From Bacteriovoracaceae bacterium (GTDB lineage Bacteria > Bdellovibrionota > Bacteriovoracia > Bacteriovoracales > Bacteriovoracaceae), in the NCBI GenBank assembly GCA_018649885.1, contig JABIHA010000127.1:1-64000 (forward strand): a DNA stretch of 64,000 nt. Reading direction: 5' to 3'. The notes under the pieces are model-generated. The model had not been told where the DNA came from, did not search any database, and saw nothing but the letters and a program-made list of their open reading frames with translations. Both the position numbers and the translations under genes were made by a program. Below, one piece after another: positions 21,812 through 32,535 of this stretch (position 1 is the first letter of the stretch; each line of letters opens with the position of its first letter).

Positions 21812-22204
21812 CTATGCTGCTTGCTTTCTATACTCCATTCCCTCAAATATAGCATCTTCAAGTACATAGACAAGATCTTCACCAGCAAAGGGCTTTTCGA
21901 TAATATCAAATGCCCCAATTAATTTGGCTTTTTTGAGAGTGAATTCGTCCATAAAACCCGAGATAAACACTATGGGAATAGCGCCAAACTCTTGTTTTAC
22001 TTTTTTTGCAAATTCAAGGCCACATTCTCCGCCCACATGGATATCAACCACTACACAGTCAAATTGATATTTTTCGAAGAGCTTTAATGCCTTTTTGATA
22101 CTAGATGACAAAATGATATCAGCTTCAAGACCCGAGCACTGGGAATGTATAGCATTTAAAACATCTTGATCGTCATCGATAATTAGCAGGTTTCCAACTT
22201 CCAT
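21812..22204 (-). CDS. Single-domain response regulator
   Basis: IIDDD, VVDI, ISG and EKPF motifs. Confidence 0.9.
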   Translation of the reverse strand: MEVGNLLIIDDDQDVLNAIHSQCSGLEADIILSSSIKKALKLFEKYQFDCVVVDIHVGGECGLEFAKKVKQEFGAIPIVFISGFMDEFTLKKAKLIGAFDIIEKPFAGEDLVYVLEDAIFEGMEYRKQAA

Positions 22205-22472
22205 TTCATTTGCCCCCGGCGTTTAATTATAGGAGTAAATGTTAACATTCAAAATTTTTAGTACTAACAATCAATGAGATAGAGGGTTAATTAAATACTT
22301 AGCTGCTGTTAAGTGCCAACTAGACTTGGTAGTGAAATTTCCTTCATCACGTCCCTCATGAATAGTGCCGGTGGCACTATTCAACTTGGAAGCATGCTAT
22401 TAATCAATAAATTTTATTGTGGAGAGTTGAGGGACGCTTACTTTCAAATAGGCAGGAAAATGGATAAGAAAG

Positions 22473-22548
22473 TGGCGGTCCCACAGGGATTCGAACCCCG
22501 GGTTGATCTTTAGGAAAGATCCGTTTTATCCGATTAAACTACAGGACC
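22473..22548 (-). tRNA. tRNA-Arg(CCT)
   Basis: Cloverleaf with GATCT-TTCCTAA-AGATC anticodon arm, TTCGAAT T-loop and encoded CCA. Confidence 0.93.
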
Positions 22549-22695
22549 GTTTAAAAATAAAAAAACATGCGCTACATAATAAATCATTATACTAATGGGT
22601 TTGCACGCAAAGCCGCGCCTTTGGCTTGCTTCTCTCAAGGGGTTCCCCCATCATTAAAACTGCCCACAGGGCACTTTTAACGCTGGTGGTAACTC

Positions 22696-24174
22696 TCAAC
22701 CCTGAGGTTCAAAACCCTCAGGGATATTAGATATTTTTGTAACTACACGATGCATCCAAAGAAGACATATTGTAGATATGGCCAGCATGAACATCCAGCA
22801 GCTGGTCCAAAGCCCTGTCCACTCTAGTAGATAGCCAAAAATAATTGGGCAGAAAAATCCACCGAGGCCACCCAAGACTCCAACCATTCCACCTACAACT
22901 CCCACTTCATTGGGAAAGTAATCGGGGATATGTTTATAAACAGCTGCCTTACCGATACCCCATACACTTCCTAGGATGATTACTAAGATGGCAAAAACCC
23001 AAATATTGGCCTGAAAATAAATTCGCGTTACACCTTTGGCAAGAAGCTGCTTTTTCTCTACCTTTTCTCCAACTTTGACCATTGGCTCATGCCACATATC
23101 TTTTGAAGGAAAAATAAGAGTCTCATCACTGGGAGTTTCCAAGTTTTCACGTTTTAGCATTACCGGATAGCTAATTTCTCCCACCTTGATTTCTGTTTGA
23201 TTAATCTCTGAGACGACTCCACTATTTCTGGCCATTATACCTTTACCAGGTGAATAAATTTCCATCTTGGGAATGATTAAGAGAAAGCTAATTGCAACAG
23301 ATAGACCAAGCACCATGTACATAACTTTCCTAGGGCCCATAGTGTCTGACATCCATCCACCCAAGGCCCGAATAACCCCTGATGGAAAACTAAATAAAGC
23401 TGCTAAAATACCGGCCGTTACAAGTGGTAGAAAATAGACATTTACAAAATAGGGTACTAGCCACTGTGAGAAGGCGACAAAACATCCAAAAACTAAAAAG
23501 TAGTAGAGTCCAAATCGCCAAACTCGCATCTGCTTGAGAGGTGCCATCATAGAGATGAAATTTTTCTGTCTGATTTCAGGTCTTTTATTTTCTGAGAAAA
23601 CCACGAAGATGACTGCCATTATCACCAGACCAATGGCATAGTAAACTGGCAGAGATCTCCATCCTTCAATATTGCTGCCTTTATCTGTAAGGGCATTGAG
23701 GATGGACGGAGCGCATAGAGTTGTAAAAGCCGCACCTGCATTCCCAGCTCCAAAGATACCAAGAGCAGTTCCCTGGTTTTTCTTTGGATACCACAGGGCC
23801 GTAAAGGCAATCCCAATAGAAAAACTAGTACCACATAACCCAAAGCCAAAACTGCAAATTGCAAAACTCCAAAAACTGTCTGCGTATGAGAGTAAAAACA
23901 TGGGAATAGCACTTAAGAGAAGAAGTCCTGTAAAAATAGGCTTTCCACCAAAACGATCAGTTAGGACACCTGCTGGCAGTCTAAAAAGTGATCCGGTTAA
24001 AACGGGAATGCCGATCAACCATCCAATTTGAATGGGGCCCCAATCGTAGACCTGATTTGCCGAAAGAAAAGTAATTAGAACCCCATTTAACATCCAAGCC
24101 GCAAAACAGAATGTAAATGCTAAAGTGTTCAAAAAAAGTGCTTTATGGGATTTTCCCGTAGCCTTGATTTCCAT
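22696..24174 (-). CDS. narK: NarK/NasA-family nitrate/nitrite MFS transporter with inserted soluble domain
   Basis: G.ALG.FGAGNAG nitrate signature, FGCFVAF, R.LGG..SD, G.VG..GGLGGF. Confidence 0.88.
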   Translation of the reverse strand: MEIKATGKSHKALFLNTLAFTFCFAAWMLNGVLITFLSANQVYDWGPIQIGWLIGIPVLTGSLFRLPAGVLTDRFGGKPIFTGLLLLSAIPMFLLSYADSFWSFAICSFGFGLCGTSFSIGIAFTALWYPKKNQGTALGIFGAGNAGAAFTTLCAPSILNALTDKGSNIEGWRSLPVYYAIGLVIMAVIFVVFSENKRPEIRQKNFISMMAPLKQMRVWRFGLYYFLVFGCFVAFSQWLVPYFVNVYFLPLVTAGILAALFSFPSGVIRALGGWMSDTMGPRKVMYMVLGLSVAISFLLIIPKMEIYSPGKGIMARNSGVVSEINQTEIKVGEISYPVMLKRENLETPSDETLIFPSKDMWHEPMVKVGEKVEKKQLLAKGVTRIYFQANIWVFAILVIILGSVWGIGKAAVYKHIPDYFPNEVGVVGGMVGVLGGLGGFFCPIIFGYLLEWTGLWTSCWMFMLAISTICLLWMHRVVTKISNIPEGFEPQG

Positions 24175-24271
24175 TAAAACCCCAAAATAATCTAAATTTT
24201 TTTATAGATTAATATTATTGCTAATCGAGAGATTTTGCGATGATTAATTTAAAAAATAATTAGGTTGGTTG

Positions 24272-25330
24272 CTACTTAGAAATAGATCCAGCAGGTAACC
24301 GGTTTCCAAGTCTTTTTTTGCCGCGTTTTAAAGGGCGTTTTATGCCACTATTTTGGAATGAACCAAAGGAAGGTTGTCCACCGCTTTTAGTGCCGGCTTG
24401 GGTAATAGTTTGAGGTACGTAATCAGCACCAGAGAGATCGGCGCAGTTTCCATTTTTTTTGCAAGTGAGAACAAAGAAGTTTAAGCACTTGATTTTTTCG
24501 CTCTTATCTGCAATCTCTTCACCTTTGTACATACAAGTTCCCCCTGATGAAGAACTTCCAGCAAAGTTGGATCCATCTGATGAATCCACATTGTAGTCGA
24601 GCGCTAGCGTATCACTGATATTGGCCTTACACTTGGCCTCATCAAGTCTTCCAATAATTTTCCCATTCACTTCTTCTAGCCAGAAATCGCCATTTTTTCC
24701 ATGTTTCAGAGGGAGCAGATCCGCATATACCTCTTTACTTAGATTCATAAAATTTGCTCTGACAACTACATCATTTGCTTGGCCTGGGTTGACACACATG
24801 ATCTTAAGTTGTGGAGTCTCTTGTGTTCCCTCTATTGCTGATGCTGAGTAACCAAGAGGGCAGCCGCAACTATCGTTAAAAGTATTTCTGAACTTTAGAT
24901 ATTCGGCGTAACAACCACACCAGTCAGCTGGACCGAAAAGTCCTACTAAACTCATGCCTCCATCGGAGCCATTTTTTTCTTGGTGACACTGAATTGTATT
25001 GCCAGCGCTAGATTTTGCTATGTAAGTATATTGTCCTGGAGGGCACCCACAGAAATTTTTTGCTAGATATTTTTTGTCACTACTACTACCAGCTAGTTTA
25101 GCGCCAACTCCAAAGAGCATTTGGTCATAGAAAGCACACTGTGAAATTCCCTTTGCCTTGGCATCTCCACTAATTGAAGAAGATAGGCTCCCAGAGCCAC
25201 TTGCAAGAGAATTTGCATTGAATTCTGAACCAACTTGCATTGAAGATTCGAGCGCAAAATTACCTTGTGAATAGAGGATAGCAATTGCTATGGTCAATAT
25301 GTATTTGAACTTAGTTTTTCCCGTTTTCAT
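24272..25330 (-). CDS. Secreted Cys-rich hypothetical protein
   Basis: AGGAG RBS, signal peptide, repeated CGCP.G.Y-like motifs. Confidence 0.75.
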   Translation of the reverse strand: MKTGKTKFKYILTIAIAILYSQGNFALESSMQVGSEFNANSLASGSGSLSSSISGDAKAKGISQCAFYDQMLFGVGAKLAGSSSDKKYLAKNFCGCPPGQYTYIAKSSAGNTIQCHQEKNGSDGGMSLVGLFGPADWCGCYAEYLKFRNTFNDSCGCPLGYSASAIEGTQETPQLKIMCVNPGQANDVVVRANFMNLSKEVYADLLPLKHGKNGDFWLEEVNGKIIGRLDEAKCKANISDTLALDYNVDSSDGSNFAGSSSSGGTCMYKGEEIADKSEKIKCLNFFVLTCKKNGNCADLSGADYVPQTITQAGTKSGGQPSFGSFQNSGIKRPLKRGKKRLGNRLPAGSISK

Positions 25331-25524
25331 AACTATACTCCTGCCCAATATTTTAAAGCACATCTAGTAGGCCTATCGGCAAAAATTAGAATTTGAGTAA
25401 TTTAGATTGGTTAACTTTGTAAGTTTATAGGAAATAGCTACACAATTTGCCAAGTAATTGTGGAAGAGGGTCTTATCTAATAAAATTAAAGTAGATTCAC
25501 TTGAAAACTAAATAGGATTTATTG

Positions 25525-26238
25525 ATGGAGCTATTACCAAAACCTTTAAGAAATGATGAGGGATTTTCACTTATTCAAGTGATGATTGCAGCAGCTTTAA
25601 TGGGGGCTTTGGCACTTTATATGGCACGTATGCAAGAGAACAATATGAAAAATACCAAAGCCGCCCAAGTTCTCTCTGAAATCAATGCATTTCACAATAA
25701 AGTAAATTCTATTTTATCAAATAATGATTCGTGTAATGCAAACTTTAGAGGAGCACAAATTAGTGATGGCGATGAAGTTAGTGGCCTCAGCTTAATTGAT
25801 GGAGGAGCTCAGGCGGTAGCTGTGGGAACGCCTGTAAATAATTTGGTTGTTATAGATAGTATGGAGATTGACTCTGTACCAGATTCTTTTGATAGTGCTA
25901 CAGGCAGGCATCAACTCCGGCTTTCAATTAAGTACGATAAAGAAACTGGGAGCGGGACAAAGAGAACAACTGTTGGTTACCGTTATGTTGAGAAAACCTA
26001 TGACTTCTTTGTGATAAAGTGTGACTACGATACAAAAGAAGCAACGACTGCTGACTTCATGGGGATTAGTTTAAGTGATGCTTATTCAATTTGTCTTTCT
26101 AACTGTCAAAGTTGGACAGGGCAATCAGATTGCAATTGTAGAAAGGATAAGTTTTTTCACTTAGTTCCAGATGGGTGGGGGATGGTGTTAACTTATGACT
26201 GCGCTAGATCTCAAAAAATATATGAATGTGATAATTAA
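25525..26238 (+). CDS. Type IV pilin/pseudopilin-like protein
   Basis: Prepilin-like site G|FSLIQVMIAAAL; Cys-rich C-terminus. Confidence 0.8.
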   Translation: MELLPKPLRNDEGFSLIQVMIAAALMGALALYMARMQENNMKNTKAAQVLSEINAFHNKVNSILSNNDSCNANFRGAQISDGDEVSGLSLIDGGAQAVAVGTPVNNLVVIDSMEIDSVPDSFDSATGRHQLRLSIKYDKETGSGTKRTTVGYRYVEKTYDFFVIKCDYDTKEATTADFMGISLSDAYSICLSNCQSWTGQSDCNCRKDKFFHLVPDGWGMVLTYDCARSQKIYECDN

Positions 26239-26289
26239 AAGTGCCGTGAACAAAATATCTTTTTGCTCACGACATACCTTAGTTTTTTC

Positions 26290-27153
26290 TTAGGTACGTG
26301 AGAACCAGCAAAGAGGTCTTGTGCCTTCTTTGTAGCCATCATCTCTTGTGCATACACCATCACTTGATTTTTTATTACTTACATCCTCATCCTTATCTTT
26401 AGTACACAGGCTACCTGCAAAATAAGTGTCGAGTCTGCACTGAGCAGGTGGATGCTTGTCATTCATCGCTTTTGTAATACTTCTATCTGGCGTTGTGAAA
26501 TCAATGGCCTTTGAGCCTTTTTTAAGAGAATTAAGTAGTTTTGCTAGAGATAATCCCGCCATGGAAGTTCTCTTACAAAGTGCATTTTCTTCAGCAGTTT
26601 TGTAAACGGCGTTGCATTCTGCTTCAACTACTTTATCAACAGTTAGTTTGCTGACAAATCCTATATTGTCTCTTCCCTCAAGGTATTTTCTCATGCATTT
26701 AAGGTTACCCCAGTAATCAGCTTGTCCCTCATTAGACGCCCAACCTCTATTACCAATTTTTGGGTAGCCAGCCATGTGGTGTCCCATTTCATGGCAAACA
26801 ACTAGGGCGAATCCGTCTGGAGTAACAAGTGGATGTCTGGCCAAACCGCCATACATATTAACCATCCAAAAGCTGAGAAACTGCATAGCCGAAGCATTAA
26901 CAGTTCCACTCTTCCATTTATTATTCATATAAAGTTTTCCACCCAACTTTTTAATGATGGGTCTGTAAATTGCAGCTATATCACCAATAATTGTATTGAA
27001 CTCTTTTTGGGTCATATTGGGTTTGATTCCCTCTTGAACTGGGATATTTAAATCATTTTCTGGCATAAATCCTGTTTGACCAAACTGATCACATGCCACA
27101 CTAGAAAAGCTCACCAATAATTGAATTGCAATGAGTACACCGAAGACTTTCAC
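26290..27153 (-). CDS. Secreted gluzincin/M48-like zinc metalloprotease
   Basis: VNA.A, CHEMGHH, NEGQADY and HP..QCR motifs. Confidence 0.8.
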   Translation of the reverse strand: MKVFGVLIAIQLLVSFSSVACDQFGQTGFMPENDLNIPVQEGIKPNMTQKEFNTIIGDIAAIYRPIIKKLGGKLYMNNKWKSGTVNASAMQFLSFWMVNMYGGLARHPLVTPDGFALVVCHEMGHHMAGYPKIGNRGWASNEGQADYWGNLKCMRKYLEGRDNIGFVSKLTVDKVVEAECNAVYKTAEENALCKRTSMAGLSLAKLLNSLKKGSKAIDFTTPDRSITKAMNDKHPPAQCRLDTYFAGSLCTKDKDEDVSNKKSSDGVCTRDDGYKEGTRPLCWFSRT

Positions 27154-27263
27154 CTTTTACCTCCTTGTAAAAATAAGTATCAAAGCATTATCAGAGAAAG
27201 ATAGCGTATAGGAAAGTCCTGTAAGATAGTTTTAGTCGATAACATTGATCAACTTCAAATTAA

Positions 27264-27292
27264 TGTAACATTTTGATCGGTGATGACACTAA
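27264..27292 (+). promoter_or_regulatory. Putative ECF promoter, copy 1
   Basis: TGTAACA-ttttgatcggtgatg-ACACTAA. Confidence 0.65.
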
Positions 27293-27323
27293 CAAGACAG
27301 TTACAACTTATGGGAGAAAATTT

Positions 27324-28151
27324 GTGAATTCATTAAAAAGAATTTTTATTGTCGGGTATTTAATGTCTCAAATGGGCAGTGTGATTTATTCGATTTATAA
27401 GCTGATTACAGGAAGCTCAGTTAATAGTTTTGGGCCTCCACTGCTTTCAGCTATATCTATAACTTTGTTCATTGGAAGCTTAATGCTCTTTCAAAAGACG
27501 GCCAGAACCAGTAGGTACCTTTGGTATTTGTGGCCAACCACAATTTTGGGCTGCTTTCTTTCCTATTGGTATTCTAATGAAGCTCTACCCATGGGCTTAT
27601 CCAGCGTTTCTGTACTGGGATTAATCCTCTATGTGTTTTGGTATTCAAATCTTTCTAAAAACGAAGGAAGGTTAAAAATAGGCCAGGTAATCCCAAGCTT
27701 CGAGCTCAGGGATTTAAATTCAAATGTTATTCAATCCTCTACTTTTCTAGGCCACAAAAACCTATTTCTCTTTTTTAGAGGAAATTGGTGTCCTCTATGC
27801 ATGGCCCAAATAAAAGAAGTTCAGGCCCACTATCAAAAAATTATTGGCAGTGGTTGTCAGATAAATTTGATCTCTCCCCAGTCCCAATCCCACACTCAAA
27901 GTTTGGCCCATAAGCTACAGGTTGATTTTAAGTTTTACAGAGACGAAAGTAGCGTTGCAGCGATCGCTCTGGGTATTAAGGCTCCAAAAAGTCTACCACT
28001 GGGAATGGAGCTGCTTGGATTCGACTCTGATACGGTGCTGCCAACTATCATCGTTACAGACGATGCTGGTAAGGTTATCTACTTTGATGTGGCGGATAAC
28101 TATAGAGTGAGACCAGGGACAGAAGAGTTTTTGAAATTTTTGAATATTTAA
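27324..28151 (+). CDS. Membrane-anchored AhpC/TSA (peroxiredoxin-like) protein
   Basis: About 4 TM helices, then FFRGNWCPLC and DNYRVRP; GTG start after GGGAG. Confidence 0.85.
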   Translation: MNSLKRIFIVGYLMSQMGSVIYSIYKLITGSSVNSFGPPLLSAISITLFIGSLMLFQKTARTSRYLWYLWPTTILGCFLSYWYSNEALPMGLSSVSVLGLILYVFWYSNLSKNEGRLKIGQVIPSFELRDLNSNVIQSSTFLGHKNLFLFFRGNWCPLCMAQIKEVQAHYQKIIGSGCQINLISPQSQSHTQSLAHKLQVDFKFYRDESSVAAIALGIKAPKSLPLGMELLGFDSDTVLPTIIVTDDAGKVIYFDVADNYRVRPGTEEFLKFLNI

Positions 28152-28267
28152 ATTAGAGACTTTATCTCACAAATTCTTTCAATGTATCAGAGCATAATAG
28201 TTGCCTAGACTTCTGAGTCATCTGAGCTACAATTTCAAAAAAATTTTTCGACACAGGAATTTTGCTC

Positions 28268-29842
28268 ATGAAACAACTGCTCATTTTTTTATTTCTACTG
28301 CCTTGCGCCTTTGGTGCTGACCTCAAAGAAATTCTCTCCTTTGAACTTGGTACCACAATAAGTTGCGCACATTTAAATGAGAACGGAGCACACTCAATTG
28401 TTTGTGAGGGACTTTCTGTAGATAAATTTAAACTCCCAGCTAGTATGAATAATCCAGATATGTTCTCTGTTGGATTTAACCATCTCTGTGCAACCAAAGG
28501 TTCAAAACTTGTTTGTACAGGCCCTGGACTTAGTATTTCTAGGTCTGTTAGCTCTCCATCTCAGCTCAGCTCGGGCAAAGGTTTTGCTTGTCTTCAGGAG
28601 AGTGGAAACCTTGTATGTTTTGGTTCAAAAAAGAGCAGTCGTCTTAGCACTCCTAGCATAAGATCAGTGAAGAAGATTAGTCTTGCTGATTCCCATGGCT
28701 GTGCGCTCGACGAGTACGCGGCTGGTAAGAATAGAGTTGTATGCTGGGGAGATACAAGGTTCGGCAAAGTTGATGTGCCGGCGATGGTGAACCCTGTAGA
28801 TATATCAGTAGGTAGGGCGTTCAGCTGTGCCATTGATCAAGTATCAAAAGATATTAGAACTATTAGATGTTGGGGAAAGAATGACAAGGGCCAATCTTCT
28901 CCAGTTCTCGCCAACTACCCACTTTCACTAACAACTGGAAAAGAGCACGGCTGTGTAATTGATCAGAAAAATCACTGGGGTGAAACAAAAGTTCTTTGCT
29001 GGGGCTCTAACCAATATGGCCAATTAAACATCCCAGTTATTAAAGACAAAGATCCACTGCTTGTAAGATCAGCAAGCTATTATAACTGTATTTATTTTGA
29101 AGACCATGGCATCGAGTGCTTTGGTGGTGATGATTTTGGACAACTTGGAATTTCCAGTTGGCTCTTTGGTTTCACACCAAATGCAAAAATTCTTTCCAGA
29201 AAAATTAACACCAGAAAAGCAGGTGTTGCCTTATTTTATAACCCTTCCAATGTAGATGTGGTTAAGACAAAAGATGGCGAGGCCTATAATGCCAAAAACT
29301 ATATAGAGAAAAATACCAAAAGAAAGCTGACCACTTTTACAGATATGTCTGAAACAAAACTTAAAGGCGTACTTGCTACTAATGGAACACTAGTATTTCC
29401 AGAGTTTGAAAAAGGAAGTTTAACTTTAGGAAGTAATCAAACCAAGATGATACAAAAATGGCTGAAGGCAGGTAATAGCATTATTGTTATGGGCGGAAAT
29501 TATAATCTCAATTTTGCTAAAGTAGTGACAGGCTCTGGTGTCACAAAGACCTATCGTTCAGGCACTGTGAATTACGATGCTACAGCAGCAAAAAACACGC
29601 CCTTTCAAGGAAAAGCGAAGACTCTTCCCAATCCAAGTGATTCATCTAATCGTATGACCCTAGGGAGCTTACCGGCCACGGCTAAGGCCATATACAAGGA
29701 AGGAGTAAGTGCAGGGGTGGTTCTATTCAAAACTGGCAAAGGCCACGTGGTTTACCTTTGCTGGGATTGGTATAATGCAAAGCCTGTGGGGGCAATGGAC
29801 GGTGGTTGGCTTGACGTTTTCGGTGAAGCCCTACGACTTTAA
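28268..29842 (+). CDS. Secreted RCC1/BLIP-II-like repeat protein
   Basis: Repeated G..H.CA.....V.CWG.N..GQ units. Confidence 0.85.
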   Translation: MKQLLIFLFLLPCAFGADLKEILSFELGTTISCAHLNENGAHSIVCEGLSVDKFKLPASMNNPDMFSVGFNHLCATKGSKLVCTGPGLSISRSVSSPSQLSSGKGFACLQESGNLVCFGSKKSSRLSTPSIRSVKKISLADSHGCALDEYAAGKNRVVCWGDTRFGKVDVPAMVNPVDISVGRAFSCAIDQVSKDIRTIRCWGKNDKGQSSPVLANYPLSLTTGKEHGCVIDQKNHWGETKVLCWGSNQYGQLNIPVIKDKDPLLVRSASYYNCIYFEDHGIECFGGDDFGQLGISSWLFGFTPNAKILSRKINTRKAGVALFYNPSNVDVVKTKDGEAYNAKNYIEKNTKRKLTTFTDMSETKLKGVLATNGTLVFPEFEKGSLTLGSNQTKMIQKWLKAGNSIIVMGGNYNLNFAKVVTGSGVTKTYRSGTVNYDATAAKNTPFQGKAKTLPNPSDSSNRMTLGSLPATAKAIYKEGVSAGVVLFKTGKGHVVYLCWDWYNAKPVGAMDGGWLDVFGEALRL

Positions 29843-31663
29843 CATGCTTTCAAAGCGGTCGATGCTTTTTTCGACAGTTTTTAAACTACCCAGCCAAAAT
29901 GACGGCGCTTCAATATCTTCATTAAAATATTTTGTTATAAGAGATTCGGCACTCATAGTGCCAGTGTCTCTTAATATTTTTTTATAGAGACCCCGAAAAT
30001 CATCACCATATTTTTCTTTTTTATCATAAATGCCCAAGCTAAATAAATAACCAAATAGATAGGGGTAGTTGTAAAAAGAAATTGAAGAAAGAGAGAAGTG
30101 CATTTTGGTGGCCCAAAACATTGGGTCATATTCTGATAGAGTATTTTCATACCACAACTTCCAAGATTCATTCATCATGGTCTTTAACTCACTTGGATCA
30201 AGAGTCGCTGATTGTCTTGCTTCAACGAATCTCTTTTCAAACTCAAATCTGGCGGGGATATTAATTAACATTCTAGAAGCACTAACAGCGTCTTCCCAGC
30301 ACATTTCAAATTTCTCACTTTCATTTTGCCCGTGCGTGTACAGATAGTCTCTTACAAGTGTTTCAGCAAAGATTGACGCTGTTTCAGCTAAGGTCATGGA
30401 GTAGGCAATATGACTGAGTGGCATGTCTTTCATGATCCAGTTGTGATAGGCGTGTCCAAGCTCATGTGCCAGGATAACAACAGAAGTCATGGTCCCATTA
30501 AAAGTCATAAACACTCTAGGATTTCTAGTTGTATAAAACTTAGTACAGTAGGCACCTGGGTTTCTGTTTTCACTTGGCCGTGCATCTATCCAACCATTTT
30601 TGTGCATAAGTCTGGCAAATTCTCCCATTTCTGGATCAAACTCAGAAAAAGCACCCGCTATGATATCCATTGCCTCACCAAAGCCAAGAAGTGTGCTCTC
30701 GCTTTCATTACAAGGAGTAGGAGCAGATAGGTCCCATGGGCCTAGCTTTTCAAGCTGTAGTGTCTCTGCCATACCTTCCAAAGCACGCTGACCAATCCGT
30801 CTATTTTCATAAGTTGTAGTAAGCAGTGTATCTAGGGTCTTTCTAGTTATTCGAGATTGATGGCAAGACACATCTAAGTAGTGCAGATCTTTTTTATTAG
30901 ACCTTATAGTTCTATCATCACTCCTCCAACCATTGATATTATTTAAAATTGCAGCTGCACTACATTCGTGGACACTCCAGGACTGCTGAATGGATCTCCA
31001 GGCTTTTTCTCTAAGCGTTCGATTTCCCTCTGTCAGCATGCTAGCAGCTTGTGCGTAGCCCGTATCCTGACCATCGATAGAACACTTAAGACTTCCGGCC
31101 AAATCAGAGTACAATTTACCCCAGGCCTGAACCCCACTCTTTGAAAATGTAGAAATGAGAGATTCCTCTGTTGTACTCAAGAGGTGATCGCTCATTATTC
31201 TTTCTCTGTGAATCAGGAAATCTCTTTGTTTTATGGTTTCATTTTTTAGAAGAATACCGAGTTGGTCTTCTCCAATCCTACTGATAAATATATCGAATGC
31301 AGCTAAATTATTATTAAATTTGGAGTATAGCTCGGTAAGGCGGTCTCTTAGTTTCTTGGCACTACCATTTTGTGAGTTGGTGCTAAGAAGACATCTACTA
31401 AAAGTTGAAAGAGTACCTAAAATAGTATGGAATTCTTCTGCTTGAATATAAATTTGGCTAATTATGGGAGTGATCTCATCAATTTGTGAATTTTCTAGAT
31501 GACTAATATCCGCCAGAAGTGCATCCACTGGTTCCACTAATTTTCTTAGATCTTCATTTTTCTTCGAGAGTATCAGAAGGTCACTTTCAATCTTTGGGTC
31601 ATCTAGGTCCCTATAAATATTAGTGTTATTCCATTGGGGGCAATCAGTGATTTGTTCTTTCAT
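29831..31663 (-). CDS. pepF: M3 oligoendopeptidase F family
   Basis: GAYC, AHELGHAYH, AETAS.F.E and FYNYPYLFG motifs. Confidence 0.92.
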   Translation of the reverse strand: MKEQITDCPQWNNTNIYRDLDDPKIESDLLILSKKNEDLRKLVEPVDALLADISHLENSQIDEITPIISQIYIQAEEFHTILGTLSTFSRCLLSTNSQNGSAKKLRDRLTELYSKFNNNLAAFDIFISRIGEDQLGILLKNETIKQRDFLIHRERIMSDHLLSTTEESLISTFSKSGVQAWGKLYSDLAGSLKCSIDGQDTGYAQAASMLTEGNRTLREKAWRSIQQSWSVHECSAAAILNNINGWRSDDRTIRSNKKDLHYLDVSCHQSRITRKTLDTLLTTTYENRRIGQRALEGMAETLQLEKLGPWDLSAPTPCNESESTLLGFGEAMDIIAGAFSEFDPEMGEFARLMHKNGWIDARPSENRNPGAYCTKFYTTRNPRVFMTFNGTMTSVVILAHELGHAYHNWIMKDMPLSHIAYSMTLAETASIFAETLVRDYLYTHGQNESEKFEMCWEDAVSASRMLINIPARFEFEKRFVEARQSATLDPSELKTMMNESWKLWYENTLSEYDPMFWATKMHFSLSSISFYNYPYLFGYLFSLGIYDKKEKYGDDFRGLYKKILRDTGTMSAESLITKYFNEDIEAPSFWLGSLKTVEKSIDRFESMLKS

Positions 31664-31827
31664 GAGGGTTTCCAGTGTCTAATTGAATAGGGATTGTATC
31701 AATTTTTCCATTCATTGCCTAGCGATTGGTTCCTGAAGGGAACCATATGTGGGCAATTATTCGCTTTTTATTGCCATTGAGATCAATTAAGAATGTCTCA
31801 GTCAATTACTCAAAAAAGGGAGTTACC

Positions 31828-32535
31828 ATGTATAAGACAATTTTTTTATTTTTATTTGCTTGCAGCGCTTTTGCTGCAGATGCCCCTCCTACTCAGGAGC
31901 AGGTTACAAAATTACTAAGCAGCAATGCCAATGCTTTTTTAAAAGAGCATGTTCTAGATTTTACTAGTGGCAAAAAAGTTGTTTATAGAGCGGAGCTTCG
32001 ATTTAAATATGAAGATCAAAAGGTTGGAGAAAATCTCTATGAAAAATCTATGTATTTAACAGGAACTGTATTTGAAGAAAGAGGGGTCAAGGTATTTAGA
32101 TTTACAAATGAGCTTGGACGTGGTTTGAGTTTCTATAAAATTTCTCATAAGGATCAAATCATAGTTAACCTTAATTCAGTTGTTCCTGGCCCTTTGGGTA
32201 AGCTTTCACCTTACGGTGCATTTATAGAAACATCTGATATTGAAATTAAAAGACAAAGTGATGAAGACAGCTTTGATGAGGATATTTCTCAGCTATCGTT
32301 TAAGGATATTCCTTTTCAATTGCTTGTAGGTGATATTAACCATCCTGATCTAGGTAGGGATAAGGGGCTTGTAAGTTTGTCCATATTTCGAATTGCGCCT
32401 GATGAGTTAAATTATGAAAGTATTAGGGCGGTAAACAGCCATTTAGTTTCAATGCACTTAAAAAAGAGAACCCATTTATCAAAGGGGAAAAAGACAATAG
32501 GCTGTCGAGGTTATTTAATATGCACTACCTTATAA
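31828..32535 (+). CDS. Hypothetical secreted protein
   Basis: GGGAG RBS before MYKTI; signal peptide. Confidence 0.7.
   Translation: MYKTIFLFLFACSAFAADAPPTQEQVTKLLSSNANAFLKEHVLDFTSGKKVVYRAELRFKYEDQKVGENLYEKSMYLTGTVFEERGVKVFRFTNELGRGLSFYKISHKDQIIVNLNSVVPGPLGKLSPYGAFIETSDIEIKRQSDEDSFDEDISQLSFKDIPFQLLVGDINHPDLGRDKGLVSLSIFRIAPDELNYESIRAVNSHLVSMHLKKRTHLSKGKKTIGCRGYLICTTL

Noticed and set aside
22633..22693. Imperfect hairpin between tRNA-Arg and narK as an ncRNA or REP
   Set aside because: Single copy with many mismatches; most simply a terminator-like structure
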